A DNA stretch of 64,000 nucleotides from an uncultured Candidatus Saccharibacteria bacterium (GCA_964505155.1 CAZDGL010000001.1:71058-135057); one strand, 5' to 3'; positions 49,672 through 59,207 are shown, numbered from the stretch's first letter. The notes: generated from the sequence alone by a model not told the origin. Numbers and translations: made by a program.

Positions 49672-49766
49672 TGGAGGAAGCGGTGGGATTCGAACCCACG
49701 GAGCGTGGTATTAGCACGCTCTTCGGTTTTCAAGACCGATGCAATAATCCACTCTACCACACTTCC
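49672..49766 (-). tRNA. tRNA-Ser(UGA)
   Basis: TCGGT CT TGA AA ACCGA; long variable arm; CCA; followed by a terminator hairpin at 49638-49668. Confidence 0.92.
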
Positions 49767-49770
49767 ATAT

Positions 49771-49893
49771 TGGCTTTGAGAACACTAAGCCTGTTCGTGG
49801 CCAGCAAACTTCCGTGGTACTCTGGCATTCCTGCCTCCGACGAGGCTCGCAGTGTGTATCCCATCCTGCTCCAGTAGGAATTGTGCTCTCAAA
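49771..49893 (-). ncRNA. unassigned structured RNA ending in GCCA
   Basis: TTTGAGAGCAC/GTGTTCTCAAA closing stem plus GCCA. Confidence 0.6.
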
Positions 49894-50071
49894 CTGAAAT
49901 TCATATTTATTTAGGTAAATTTTGCCGACGACTATAAGGAAATGTGTCGCTCCGACTTGCGAGGTCAGACTTGCTACAGAGGTACTCGCAATACCCTAGT
50001 GCTCGCGGCATATGTCAGTGATTCCAAAGTAAACCCGAAGTTACACCCCGAAACCACCGATCCGAATTAAC

Positions 50072-50146
50072 AAACCTTGATGGGATTCGAACCCACGACA
50101 CGTCCCTTCACATGGGGACTGCTCTATCCGACTGAGCTACAAGGTC
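50072..50146 (-). tRNA. tRNA-like gene with 8-nt anticodon loop (His/Thr-like), no CCA
   Basis: Canonical D arm (TAGCTCAG..GG.TAGAGC) and T arm; loop CATGTGAA. Confidence 0.7.
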
Positions 50147-50563
50147 GATCAACCCTAAGAAGATGCGCATCTCCTTTTCCCAGACTCCGTATAACGCGTG
50201 TGGAGTCTTGTGCAGGTTAATCTCTAAAAATTTACACCTTCGGTCGGACGCAACCCCGACATGATGGCCTGATCAGTTACCATTACTACACCACTTCAAG
50301 TGGCAGCTACCGTCCCGAACAATAAGCGCTCTCTCGTTCGTGTTTCAGCTACGAAGGAATCAAAATTCTATTTAGTTGCATGGTGGGATTTTACCCACAC
50401 CTACGAGTGTTCTACCTGCCACCGTCGCGGCTTTGTGTTTTAGAATGTTGTCTAGATCAACACCCTTACACTTAAACTACATGCAATTCTTTGACTTATG
50501 GGTTCTAAGCCCACCTATTCATATTTTCATACTACGTAGCTTCTCTAAGAGAAGAAGTCAAGC

Positions 50564-50693
50564 TCTATTTTCGCTTTTGGTCCAACGGAAGACTCCGAGA
50601 ACCTGTCCAAACCCACCTATATCGGATTCGAACCGCACGTTGTTGGACCGATTTCCATCCACGTTCGATGTGACGGACCAAAAGCGAAAATAG
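50564..50693. ncRNA. unassigned structured RNA with a perfect closing stem of about 19 bp
   Basis: CTATTTTCGCTTTTGGTCC ... GGACCAAAAGCGAAAATAG. Confidence 0.55.
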
Positions 50694-50694
50694 A

Positions 50695-50995
50695 ACCCGA
50701 GTTTATTGGGTAATAAGGAAAACTCGGAAAACCCCAGTTCTTTTACTTATGCAGCAACCCGAAGGTCACGTGCGTAAGCTGGAACGTTATCGTTATCAGC
50801 GACATTTAGTTTTTGGTTCTTAACCAATCAGTAATCTCTTTTCTCATTCCCCAAAAGAGTCGATCCTATTTCATCCCCTCCATAAAATCCTCACCTCCAC
50901 TAAATAATAGTGGAGGTGAGGATTTTATGGTGGAGATGAGCGGTACTGCCCCGCTGTGTTCCTTTGAGTCACCTGAACGTCATCAATTACAACTT
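50695..50995 (-). ncRNA. ssrA: permuted two-piece tmRNA, tag ADNDNVPAYARDLRVAA (50800-50747)
   Basis: Acceptor 3' strand CATCTCC-A-CCA (to 50928) precedes 5' strand GGGGATG (50878); G3.U70 pair; tag ends AA-stop; outer ends approximate. Confidence 0.9.
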
Positions 50996-51018
50996 CTATT
51001 TAGAACACATGGAGCTTA

Positions 51019-51615
51019 ATGTCAAGCAGAAAAATCATTTTAACCTGTAATTTTTGCGGTTCTCAATTTGAAAAAGAAAAGAAAGAACACACTCGTCAAC
51101 TGAAAAAAGACCCTAATAGACAGTTTTATTGCGATCTATCATGCTCCATGAAATGGAAAAGAGAAAATGATCCTCAAACTTTTATTATTGACAACTCTGA
51201 CGTCTTAATAAATTTCCGTGACGGAAGTCATAACATAAAGTATAACCCATTAAATACATACTATATTGCTAGAGCAAGATCCAGAAACACTAAAACAAAT
51301 AACGAAGTTATGATCACTTCAAACGAACGAATTGATTTTGAAAACCATATAGAAAAATTGTGGACAGGAACCTGTTATTATACAGGAGTATCTATTCACA
51401 GACGATTGAAATCGGGCAAATGTCCTGAAACTAAGAATCCGTTTTTCATAGCATCCTTGGATCGAATTGACAACTCCAAAGGATATGAAATCGGAAACGT
51501 TATTTGGACTAGTTACGCTTTGAACTTGGCACGCAATGATTGCGACTATTCAAAATATCAAAATGACTTGCGAAAGTTTATGGACACTCTCGCAAGTCAA
51601 ATAATGAATCGTTAA
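51019..51615 (+). CDS. HNH-like homing endonuclease
   Basis: CxxC...CxxxC zinc finger; CYYTG, SLDRIDNSKGYEIGNV. Confidence 0.8.
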   Translation: MSSRKIILTCNFCGSQFEKEKKEHTRQLKKDPNRQFYCDLSCSMKWKRENDPQTFIIDNSDVLINFRDGSHNIKYNPLNTYYIARARSRNTKTNNEVMITSNERIDFENHIEKLWTGTCYYTGVSIHRRLKSGKCPETKNPFFIASLDRIDNSKGYEIGNVIWTSYALNLARNDCDYSKYQNDLRKFMDTLASQIMNR

Positions 51616-51620
51616 ACGTG

Positions 51621-51818
51621 TCAAGCGTTTAATTCGATATCGTTATCTTTTTCTATCTGCTGGAGAGCCAACGCAACCGTGTTGGCATCCGTATACCATC
51701 CTTCATTCCATAGCTTCGTGTAGAGACGCTCCAGACGTTCCAGAACCGTCTGCTTCGTGTAGAGACGTTCCAGACATTCCAGAACCGTCTCACCGTTGGC
51801 ATCGATCATTTTAATCAT
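51621..51818 (-). CDS. hypothetical protein with an internal 39-nt tandem duplication
   Basis: TVLECLERLYTKQ TVLERLERLYTKL; AAGGAG RBS. Confidence 0.55.
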   Translation of the reverse strand: MIKMIDANGETVLECLERLYTKQTVLERLERLYTKLWNEGWYTDANTVALALQQIEKDNDIELNA

Positions 51819-51836
51819 TTTAATCTCCTTTAACGA

Positions 51837-51869
51837 GAAGAAGGGAGGACAGACCTAAATCCTCCCTTC
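51837..51869 (-). terminator. intrinsic terminator after the DUF932 gene
   Basis: GAAGGGAGGA/TCCTCCCTTC inverted repeat. Confidence 0.65.
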
Positions 51870-51881
51870 TGGAATGGCAGC

Positions 51882-52958
51882 TTACGCTGCCAGTTCCATG
51901 ACTCGCTTGCTAGCAAGCTCTAGGGCAATACGGTCGTCCGCGATAGGTTCGTCGCGCGCGATCTGCGTCAGACCACCTGCAAGTCCCCATACCGTGCGAG
52001 GATCCCCATACCAGTCTTCGTGCTGCTTGGCAATCTCGAAACCATTGGTGATCATCTTCTTTCCGAGTCTGACAATGCGAAGGCTCAGAACCTTATCGAG
52101 AACCTCTTCGAGATTGTTACCAATCTTGAAGGTCCGCATGGCTTCGATCTTCTGCTCGTCCTCGTCTGCGGAGGCTTCGGCATAGCGGATCAGTTCGGCT
52201 TCGAGACCCACAAAGGCTTTCTCGTTGGCTTCACCGATGTGTCGGATGTTGATCTCAGCAATCTTCTGAGCACCCCAGACCCGATGGTTTCCGCAAATAT
52301 ATTCGTAGAAGAAGGTCATGATAGCGAATGCGGAGGCACCAACCTCGGAATTGCGGAGGAAGAAACCGCGCGAAAGACCACCACCCGGACCCTTCTCGAA
52401 AATGCGACGCTCGTTGTCCACCATGAAGGCAAACATGGAGCGATCACCGAGGTAGAGACCGCGCGATCCGTCGAATGCTGCAGGAGCGGGCTTCCAGATA
52501 CCCTCGGCTTCGATCTCAAGAAGTCGACGCGTGATATCCGAATTCCAGATCCGGTCGTAGCGATCCGAATTCATGGAACGAAGCAGATCGATCTGCTTAC
52601 CCGTCTTGTGGAGCATCATGTTGGTCTTCTTCTCGGAGTCTTCCAGACCGTGGTTCAGGTTGGTAGCTGCGAGGTGAGCAGGAAGCTTGGAAAGATACGA
52701 TGCAGGAGCATCCGCATCCCGGCAAAGCTGTCCGAAGGACCAGTTGGAGAGGGAATATTCGTTGTCGTTGTTGACAAGAATGAGCTTGTCGTTGTCGGCA
52801 TCGGGCTTCACCCGGAAATTCGCGACATTCACCTGCTCGTCGTAGTAGGCATTGTCATGATAACCAAGCGCGGCATTGTGCAGATCCTGCACGCTGGAGA
52901 AACGCTCGTCCGCAGTACGAGTGGACCACTGATAGGATGCGTCCATAAGAACCGTCAT
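51882..52958 (-). CDS. DUF932/DUF945-like protein, highly expressed early gene
   Basis: W..R..DERF, WSFGQL, RGFFLRNSEVG, CGNH; early promoter at about 52992-53020. Confidence 0.75.
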   Translation of the reverse strand: MTVLMDASYQWSTRTADERFSSVQDLHNAALGYHDNAYYDEQVNVANFRVKPDADNDKLILVNNDNEYSLSNWSFGQLCRDADAPASYLSKLPAHLAATNLNHGLEDSEKKTNMMLHKTGKQIDLLRSMNSDRYDRIWNSDITRRLLEIEAEGIWKPAPAAFDGSRGLYLGDRSMFAFMVDNERRIFEKGPGGGLSRGFFLRNSEVGASAFAIMTFFYEYICGNHRVWGAQKIAEINIRHIGEANEKAFVGLEAELIRYAEASADEDEQKIEAMRTFKIGNNLEEVLDKVLSLRIVRLGKKMITNGFEIAKQHEDWYGDPRTVWGLAGGLTQIARDEPIADDRIALELASKRVMELAA

Positions 52959-53134
52959 TGGGAACTCCTGTGTTTGATGTTTACGAGGTCATTTCTAGAC
53001 GATTGGATTCTAGAAGTCAACGACTATTTTCAATCTTTTTTTGTTCCCATTTCGTTCATGAAAATAAAAGCGCGCATGGTTGCCGTTCCCATCCTGCTGG
53101 ATTGAGTCGGTTCTAGCACATCAGTTTTTAGAAG

Positions 53135-53926
53135 TCAACTGTCGGAATAAGAAGTTTCCAGAGCATCGACCAGCTTACCTAGATCCGCTTTATAGAATCC
53201 GCAGCAATTCAGTGTGTTCGGTTCAATGATAAACCAATCGTCCCCACGTCGACCGACGTCTAGGACAAACGTTTCATGAGGTACCCATCGATTGAGTATG
53301 TGATCCACAAAGTTGTAGGCTTCGGAATCAATATCGGCACTAAACCATGCTCGACCATTCCGTCGATATGAGCTAGCTGTTGCGATACCATAATCAACAA
53401 TCCAAAAACGGTATTCGACATCAATCTGCCGTGGTTCACATACCTGAACAAAGGTTTCACCCAACTGATCCAATGGATCACCGTTACTGGTTCGAACGTG
53501 TCTGAGAATGCTATCTCTCCACGGAAGATAATTATCCACATCAATTATCTGTCCATTGAAGATCTTGCTATCCTCAATCGGACGAATGAATCGAGGAAGC
53601 TTGTCTACCGGAATTTCGGAAAACCTACAAACCTGAGCATCGTGATTGAGCATCAGGCTCCCCCAATGATCAAGTTGATTCAAAAAATGAACTGATTTGA
53701 TGTCAAAAACACCGGGATACCAACCATACTTGCGAGCAGTCTTGATCATGGAATACGTCCCCATGCAGATTGCATTCGGAGTATCGGTGTCAGGTTCAGG
53801 GATCAGGGTTCCCTCGAATGGAACGGTCTTGTGAATTGAGAAAGGAATTTCACGACGTTCCAATGCATTGATTAGATCGTCGTGGCCTTGTTCATTTGCG
53901 ATATTTTCGTGAATATACCAGTGCAT
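53135..53926 (-). CDS. ATP-grasp domain protein (DUF4343/R2K-like)
   Basis: FIRP..DSKIFNGQI, EYRFWIVD, FVLDV, IIE.N..NC.GFY. Confidence 0.8.
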   Translation of the reverse strand: MHWYIHENIANEQGHDDLINALERREIPFSIHKTVPFEGTLIPEPDTDTPNAICMGTYSMIKTARKYGWYPGVFDIKSVHFLNQLDHWGSLMLNHDAQVCRFSEIPVDKLPRFIRPIEDSKIFNGQIIDVDNYLPWRDSILRHVRTSNGDPLDQLGETFVQVCEPRQIDVEYRFWIVDYGIATASSYRRNGRAWFSADIDSEAYNFVDHILNRWVPHETFVLDVGRRGDDWFIIEPNTLNCCGFYKADLGKLVDALETSYSDS

Positions 53927-54735
53927 TAAATGGTCCTGATTACGTTTACATACATCGGAAGCTTAGTTGCGGCATCTGAGGGATCATTATAATAAAGTCC
54001 GTAAGCATTCATCTTGAAAAACTCAGGAATTGGTAGAATGAGATTTTCATACACCTGCGGATTCATCATATCGAAGTAGAGGTTTCGCAGATACTTTTCT
54101 GGTCGAGGAGCGACGGTTTCGTACTGATCAGTCATTCCGTAGATCTGAATCAAATCGTTCCAGTGACCACCTTCGGGCATATAGATTGAGGGATCCCATC
54201 CTCGCATAAACTCATCAACTTGATTTGGCAATTCTTCTAGTTTTGGAAAGTCTACCAGTTCAGTATCGTATCGTGCTAGGATCCAGTAGTCATAAAGTTT
54301 ATGACCGAATTGCATATCACCATATGTAGCAGCTAACGAAGCAACTGCTGAAATCGAATAGAGTTGTGATGCGATGTTGTGGAGGTTCTGTTCAGAATAA
54401 AACGGATTGCCGTCCCACTTGGTACGCATGAATTCACGCATCCGCTTTGGGAACACAAACGTCTTCTGAGGTTCTACCAGAATTTCCTTAATGGTAGGAT
54501 ACTTCTGAAGAATGACATCCTCAGGATTTTCCAGAGACTCCATCCCATGAGTCGTACCCTTTTCGGCAGACCAACTAGGAATATCGTAATTGTCAGAATA
54601 CGACCACGCATGAGCAAAGACGTCAGTATCATATCGGTCAATGATTTCCCGATGATACTGTTCGTGAACCTTGGTGAGACGAATATGCCGTGGTTGCCCA
54701 AATAGGAGAAGTCCGACTGTTAGATCTTTACTCAT
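53926..54735 (-). CDS. putative glycosyltransferase-like protein
   Basis: LFGQPR, DVFAHAW, SQLYS, YDYWILARYD. Confidence 0.55.
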   Translation of the reverse strand: MSKDLTVGLLLFGQPRHIRLTKVHEQYHREIIDRYDTDVFAHAWSYSDNYDIPSWSAEKGTTHGMESLENPEDVILQKYPTIKEILVEPQKTFVFPKRMREFMRTKWDGNPFYSEQNLHNIASQLYSISAVASLAATYGDMQFGHKLYDYWILARYDTELVDFPKLEELPNQVDEFMRGWDPSIYMPEGGHWNDLIQIYGMTDQYETVAPRPEKYLRNLYFDMMNPQVYENLILPIPEFFKMNAYGLYYNDPSDAATKLPMYVNVIRTI

Positions 54736-54778
54736 TCATTTAATCCAAATATTTGATTCTAGAGGGAGTTGCATTCAT

Positions 54779-55027
54779 TTAATCACCGATAAGAGGAAAT
54801 ACGAAATTCTCCAGCTTGGTATCGTGATACCCATCAGCTTTGTTGGTCTTGAATAGATACTGCTCAGCATCGATAACCGTAGGGAAAATCATTGCGGCTT
54901 CCGAGAGATACCAGTTCCCGGTCCAGTTCTTGTGGAGAGCTTTCCACTTTCCATCAGCAGCTAGACCGAGGCACCAGTACTCATTATAGATCCAGCACCG
55001 ACCATTCCAATCAACCTGATTAATCAT
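54779..55027 (-). CDS. hypothetical protein
   Basis: operon packing. Confidence 0.55.
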   Translation of the reverse strand: MINQVDWNGRCWIYNEYWCLGLAADGKWKALHKNWTGNWYLSEAAMIFPTVIDAEQYLFKTNKADGYHDTKLENFVFPLIGD

Positions 55028-55223
55028 AGCTTATAAACCCCATTCAGGAAATGACGTTCAATCTTCTTTTCCACGGCTTCGAGGTCGAACTGCAGGTATT
55101 GCACCTGATCGCATTCGTCACCGTACATTTGGGAATTGATCTGGATCTTCAATTCCAGATCTTCACGCTCTGTCACCAGTTTTTCAATGGATTCTCCGTT
55201 TCATTTAACGAAGTGACTCTACC

Positions 55224-55415
55224 TCAGTATCGAGGAGAAAGCAAGCGCAAGAACCCTCGATAAACCAAAAATAAAGTGAGAACCACCGTTCCGACCGCAG
55301 CGAAATAAAGTCCTGTGGCAACGAACACGAATGTCCACGACAATCCAGCGACACCGAATAACTTAAGCAACCACAGCGCTACCAGCAGTATGAACAAGGT
55401 TATCAGGGTTCTCAT
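55224..55415 (-). CDS. small membrane protein
   Basis: LKL.G....SW..V with two hydrophobic segments. Confidence 0.6.
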   Translation of the reverse strand: MRTLITLFILLVALWLLKLFGVAGLSWTFVFVATGLYFAAVGTVVLTLFLVYRGFLRLLSPRY

Positions 55416-55746
55416 AAGTCTCTTTCTCCAGTACGGTTATGACTTTGTTGTCTTCAATTACGACCTTCATATGGGGAAATTCGTAGATTCCGTCAACGGG
55501 TAAATTCAAGCTCTTGTTCACGATTTGTGTCAACTGAGTCTGATATTCCTTGATGTCTTCCTCTACGTTTTCCTTTAACCACACAAAGAATGGTCCATCA
55601 CCTACTTTGGATAGCGAGGTGTATCCCATTTCTACCATATAAAGAACCTTCAGTTCCGTAAAATCGAACCCCAGAATTCTTTCCATATATCGGAGAATTG
55701 CGTGCTTGGAAGGTTCAATCCGATACCTGTTCTTTTTTCGTGACAT
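55363..55746 (-). CDS. hypothetical protein (HAILRY...VITV motif)
   Basis: Resembles small RNase-fold phage proteins. Confidence 0.55.
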   Translation of the reverse strand: MSRKKNRYRIEPSKHAILRYMERILGFDFTELKVLYMVEMGYTSLSKVGDGPFFVWLKENVEEDIKEYQTQLTQIVNKSLNLPVDGIYEFPHMKVVIEDNKVITVLEKETYENPDNLVHTAGSAVVA

Positions 55747-55930
55747 CGGAAATCTCCCAATCGGTCAGATCAGTTTCCCAACAAAATTCGGAAAGTAGGT
55801 CTCGAAATTCTTCATTTCGGAACCATTGATTCAAAATTCGATGTCTCGACGTGTCGTCTCTATAAAAAGAAAGCTCTTCACCTATCATAATAAGACGAAT
55901 TGTCAATTTTTCTTCTTTATTCAGATCCAT
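55715..55930 (-). CDS. hypothetical protein
   Basis: operon packing. Confidence 0.5.
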   Translation of the reverse strand: MDLNKEEKLTIRLIMIGEELSFYRDDTSRHRILNQWFRNEEFRDLLSEFCWETDLTDWEISDVTKKEQVSD

Positions 55931-56132
55931 TCTTCAACATCCTTGTTCTCATCCGTTTTGCTTTAGCAATGGCTGCACTCAAAATGCGACGATCTTCTTC
56001 AAAACAAGAAATCACGTCTTCTAATGCATGAAGCTTAGCCGGAAAGGATCCGCTGGTCAAGAGGACGTGGAAGTCCTTAACGTCCTCTTCAATTGAGAAG
56101 GTATATCCATCTCCATAAATCGGTGTCCACAT
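55917..56132 (-). CDS. hypothetical protein
   Basis: operon packing. Confidence 0.5.
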   Translation of the reverse strand: MWTPIYGDGYTFSIEEDVKDFHVLLTSGSFPAKLHALEDVISCFEEDRRILSAAIAKAKRMRTRMLKNGSE

Positions 56133-56194
56133 ATTTTTATCCCGGTCCTATTAACTCGATGCTAAATAATAACATAGAGGAGTTTCAGAGTCAA

Positions 56195-56815
56195 ATGCCT
56201 TATACATATCTCATTGGTTGGACATCACTTAATCTTTGGTATTATGGTGTTCGATATTCAGTTAAAGCACATCCAACTGATCTGTGGGTAACCTATTTTA
56301 CTAGCAGTAAAAGAGTTAAACAGTTACGTGAAAAATATGGTGAACCTGACGTAATTCAGATAAGAAAAACATTTGGAGATCCACATAAAGCGAAAGATTG
56401 GGAAGATAAAATTCTTCGTCGTATGAATACGAAGTTTGATTCTAAATGGATTAATCAAACCATGAATGATAGTTTTCGTGGAATAGTTGTCCCTTGGAAC
56501 AAAGGACTAAACAAAAATAATTCAGAAAAAATGAAAGAGATTGGAAGATCCATATCCAAATCATGTAAAGGTCGACAGTCACCACATAAAGGAAAACTCG
56601 TATCAGAGGAGTCTAAAATAAAAAACTCGTGGACTCAAATAATTGAACATAATCCATCACTACAATTTAAAACGTATTCCGAGTTTGCTGATGATGTTAT
56701 ACGTCGATATCAGCAAACTCGGAAAGGTCCGTATTCATTGGGAACTTTTTATAAAGTTGATGGTGGAACCATCAAAAGGATCATTCATCGTTACGAAGCA
56801 ACCATGAATTGCTGA
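56195..56815 (+). CDS. GIY-YIG-like homing endonuclease
   Basis: PYTYLIGW....WYYGVR, YFTSS, PWNKG; TAAATA and GAGGAG upstream. Confidence 0.85.
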   Translation: MPYTYLIGWTSLNLWYYGVRYSVKAHPTDLWVTYFTSSKRVKQLREKYGEPDVIQIRKTFGDPHKAKDWEDKILRRMNTKFDSKWINQTMNDSFRGIVVPWNKGLNKNNSEKMKEIGRSISKSCKGRQSPHKGKLVSEESKIKNSWTQIIEHNPSLQFKTYSEFADDVIRRYQQTRKGPYSLGTFYKVDGGTIKRIIHRYEATMNC

Positions 56816-57884
56816 TAACTTTGAATGAGATTGACGGATCCAATGTACTCTTAAAAACTACACCTTCGCGGGTTTTTGCAAAAAGTGACGGTCCTTCTGC
56901 AAATTTAAGAAGATCATCAAGAGTTTCAAACTCGGAAAGTTTATGAATTCCAATAATTGGAGCATGTTCAAGCTCCAAACGCTCACACATAATCTGTCTT
57001 TCGTATGCATTATAATATCGTCCAAAATCGATATTGAAAATATCAAATACAGCGAAACGCTGATCGTTGATATTTTCTTTATTTCCTTGGATACCTACAC
57101 CATAAAGTTCACCCTGAATGGCAAAGGAGAATCCACATTCCTGCAGCTTCCGTTCCAGATCGAGCTTGCGAGCAACCTTCCAGAAGGAATTCCCTTCGGA
57201 CTCTTCGAGATCGAGGTTGCGTGAGCAAACACCGAACCGATCAACCGGACCCTTTTTGTTATAGACAGTCATGCTGGAACCGTCCAGCTTGATAGTCGCT
57301 TCAAAAGGATGGTTGGAATAATCACGCTTGATCTTGTTGAAGATGTTCTGGACTCGTTCCTGATCAGTCTTCGGAATGAAGCTAGGGAAGTTACCGCGAG
57401 CAACACCAGCAAGGTGTGCAGCGATAGGCTTCTCGTACTTCTTGACACCGAGAACGTCAGTCAGATCCAGACCTTCATCAATCGGTTCGTCGTCAATCTG
57501 AAGAGTGAAGGTATCTGAATTTATAAATCTATGTCCATCCAGCAGTCCACCTTCCTTCAGGATTTCTCTCAAAGGAAGAATGAGTCCCTGAGAAACCTGA
57601 CCACGAAGCTTGATCGTCTTGAGACGGAACCCTTCACCGTTCACCGAACGTGCAGCAGAGACGTAGCATTTGTCTCGCAGAAATTCGAATTCAGGACGAA
57701 CTGGAAGTAGGGAGTCAATACAAAAATAGACAACGAGATCTCCAATTTGAAAATTGTTGGATCGTTGCGTAACTAATTCCCATCCTTTTACTGTCGCACA
57801 AACAATATTATCCGCACCCGGAATCTCCCTGATATCCAAGATGCGTTCAACTGTTGCAAGCTGACGATTAATTTCACTACCCAT
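56781..57884 (-). CDS. RNA ligase, DRB0094 / Rnl2-like family
   Basis: IPGADNI, KLRGQVSQGL, FPSFIPKTDQERVQN, KLDGSS, QGELYG, REGVVFK, FKVISN. Confidence 0.93.
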   Translation of the reverse strand: MGSEINRQLATVERILDIREIPGADNIVCATVKGWELVTQRSNNFQIGDLVVYFCIDSLLPVRPEFEFLRDKCYVSAARSVNGEGFRLKTIKLRGQVSQGLILPLREILKEGGLLDGHRFINSDTFTLQIDDEPIDEGLDLTDVLGVKKYEKPIAAHLAGVARGNFPSFIPKTDQERVQNIFNKIKRDYSNHPFEATIKLDGSSMTVYNKKGPVDRFGVCSRNLDLEESEGNSFWKVARKLDLERKLQECGFSFAIQGELYGVGIQGNKENINDQRFAVFDIFNIDFGRYYNAYERQIMCERLELEHAPIIGIHKLSEFETLDDLLKFAEGPSLFAKTREGVVFKSTLDPSISFKVISNSWLLRNDE

Positions 57885-57918
57885 TAGAGTTAGACTCCTT
57901 GTTACCTAAATAGACATA

Positions 57919-58701
57919 ATGACACAAACGAAAATTAACCAACCCATATTTTACATATATGCCTATTACGATCCAGATACGGATATTCCGTTCTATGTCG
58001 GAAAAGGTCATGGTCGAAGACATCTATCACATCTCCGAGAAGTACGCAACGGTACAAATAAGAAAAACCATAAAATTCATAAAATCAAAAAAATGATAAA
58101 TGAAGGAAAGGATCCTATTATTCGGTTTCTTGAAGAAAATCTTTCGCATGAAGAATCAATAATTCGTGAAAAGTATTGGATTGCTCATTTTGGACGAATA
58201 GATTTAGAAACGGGTTCTTTATGTAATATGACGGAAGGTGGTGACGGTCGTGTTCAATGGTCTAAATCAGAACGTGACAAAATATCAAAACTCAATACTG
58301 GAAAAATTTCCGTCAAAGATAAAGACGGAAATAGGTTTCAAGTAGAAAAAGATGATCCTCGATGGGTTTCTGGTGAATTGGTCGGTGTAGCTACTGGACA
58401 TTCTTCAAATTCAACTGGAAAACTTACTGGATACATTATGGCTAAGGATAAAGACGGGAATCGATATCGTGTTAAGAAAGATGATCCTCGATGGATTTCT
58501 GGTGAATTAGTTGGATTAATGAAGGGAACGAAACCTCATCCTAATATAATTAAAGCCGCACAGGAACGCAAAGGGTTTAAACGTTCGCGTGAATCAGTTG
58601 AACAAGGTGCGGCAAAACTCCGAGGTATTCCTAAGAGTGAAGAACACAAGAAAAAGTTATCAGAAGCTACTAGAAATTTTTTCAAAAATAAACGTTCATA
58701 A
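57919..58701 (+). CDS. GIY-YIG (LEM-3-like) homing endonuclease
   Basis: YIYAYYDP...PFYVGKG...R, L.N.T.GGDG; duplicated KDKDGNR..V.KDDPRW.SGELVG. Confidence 0.85.
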   Translation: MTQTKINQPIFYIYAYYDPDTDIPFYVGKGHGRRHLSHLREVRNGTNKKNHKIHKIKKMINEGKDPIIRFLEENLSHEESIIREKYWIAHFGRIDLETGSLCNMTEGGDGRVQWSKSERDKISKLNTGKISVKDKDGNRFQVEKDDPRWVSGELVGVATGHSSNSTGKLTGYIMAKDKDGNRYRVKKDDPRWISGELVGLMKGTKPHPNIIKAAQERKGFKRSRESVEQGAAKLRGIPKSEEHKKKLSEATRNFFKNKRS

Positions 58702-58939
58702 TGTAATGATCTTGCGTTCAATATCACTCATAGACGAATACTCCCAATATTAAAATTCGGATCGAGTCCGATGTTCACCAGTGAATAAATCTGAAGAGCC
58801 AATTCCAGATCGATATCCATATCCAGAAAGGTTTCGGATGCCGTATAAAGAACTTCACATATGCGCGACTTTTCTAGTTCTGTAAAGCTATCTTCAACTT
58901 CATGCAGTCGCTTTAGAAGTCGGTCCCTTTGAATATCAC

Positions 58940-59182
58940 TCATTTTCCATATCTCCTCACTGGGACAATCCCATCTTCCCAAAATCCATCTGAAAGTCTA
59001 CTAGGACGATACTCTTCAATTGTCAATCGATAAAGTGCATTATCCACATTTAACCACGATAAACGTTTCCATTCGTCATAGGCATCTTGATAAACATCAA
59101 ATGGACCAATAAATACAGATTTGAAATCTTTTGTCCAACGAAATTCAAAATCTCGGTATTCACCACCAACAATATAAAACAT
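58940..59182 (-). CDS. DUF4170-like protein
   Basis: YIVGGEY.D..F, GPF..Y..A...W. Confidence 0.55.
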   Translation of the reverse strand: MFYIVGGEYRDFEFRWTKDFKSVFIGPFDVYQDAYDEWKRLSWLNVDNALYRLTIEEYRPSRLSDGFWEDGIVPVRRYGK

Positions 59183-59207
59183 CAGAGAGTATCTCCAAAG
59201 AAATCAT

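Noticed and set aside
49593-51019. + strand ORFs 49593..49877, 50376..50693 and 50813..51019
   Set aside because: Antisense to tRNA, ncRNA and tmRNA genes
51715-51790. 39-nt direct repeat as CRISPR or regulatory array
   Set aside because: Only two adjacent in-frame coding copies with no spacers; no CRISPR array seen in the window
52020-53105. 361-aa + strand ORF
   Set aside because: Antisense shadow of the codon-biased DUF932 gene; no RBS or motifs
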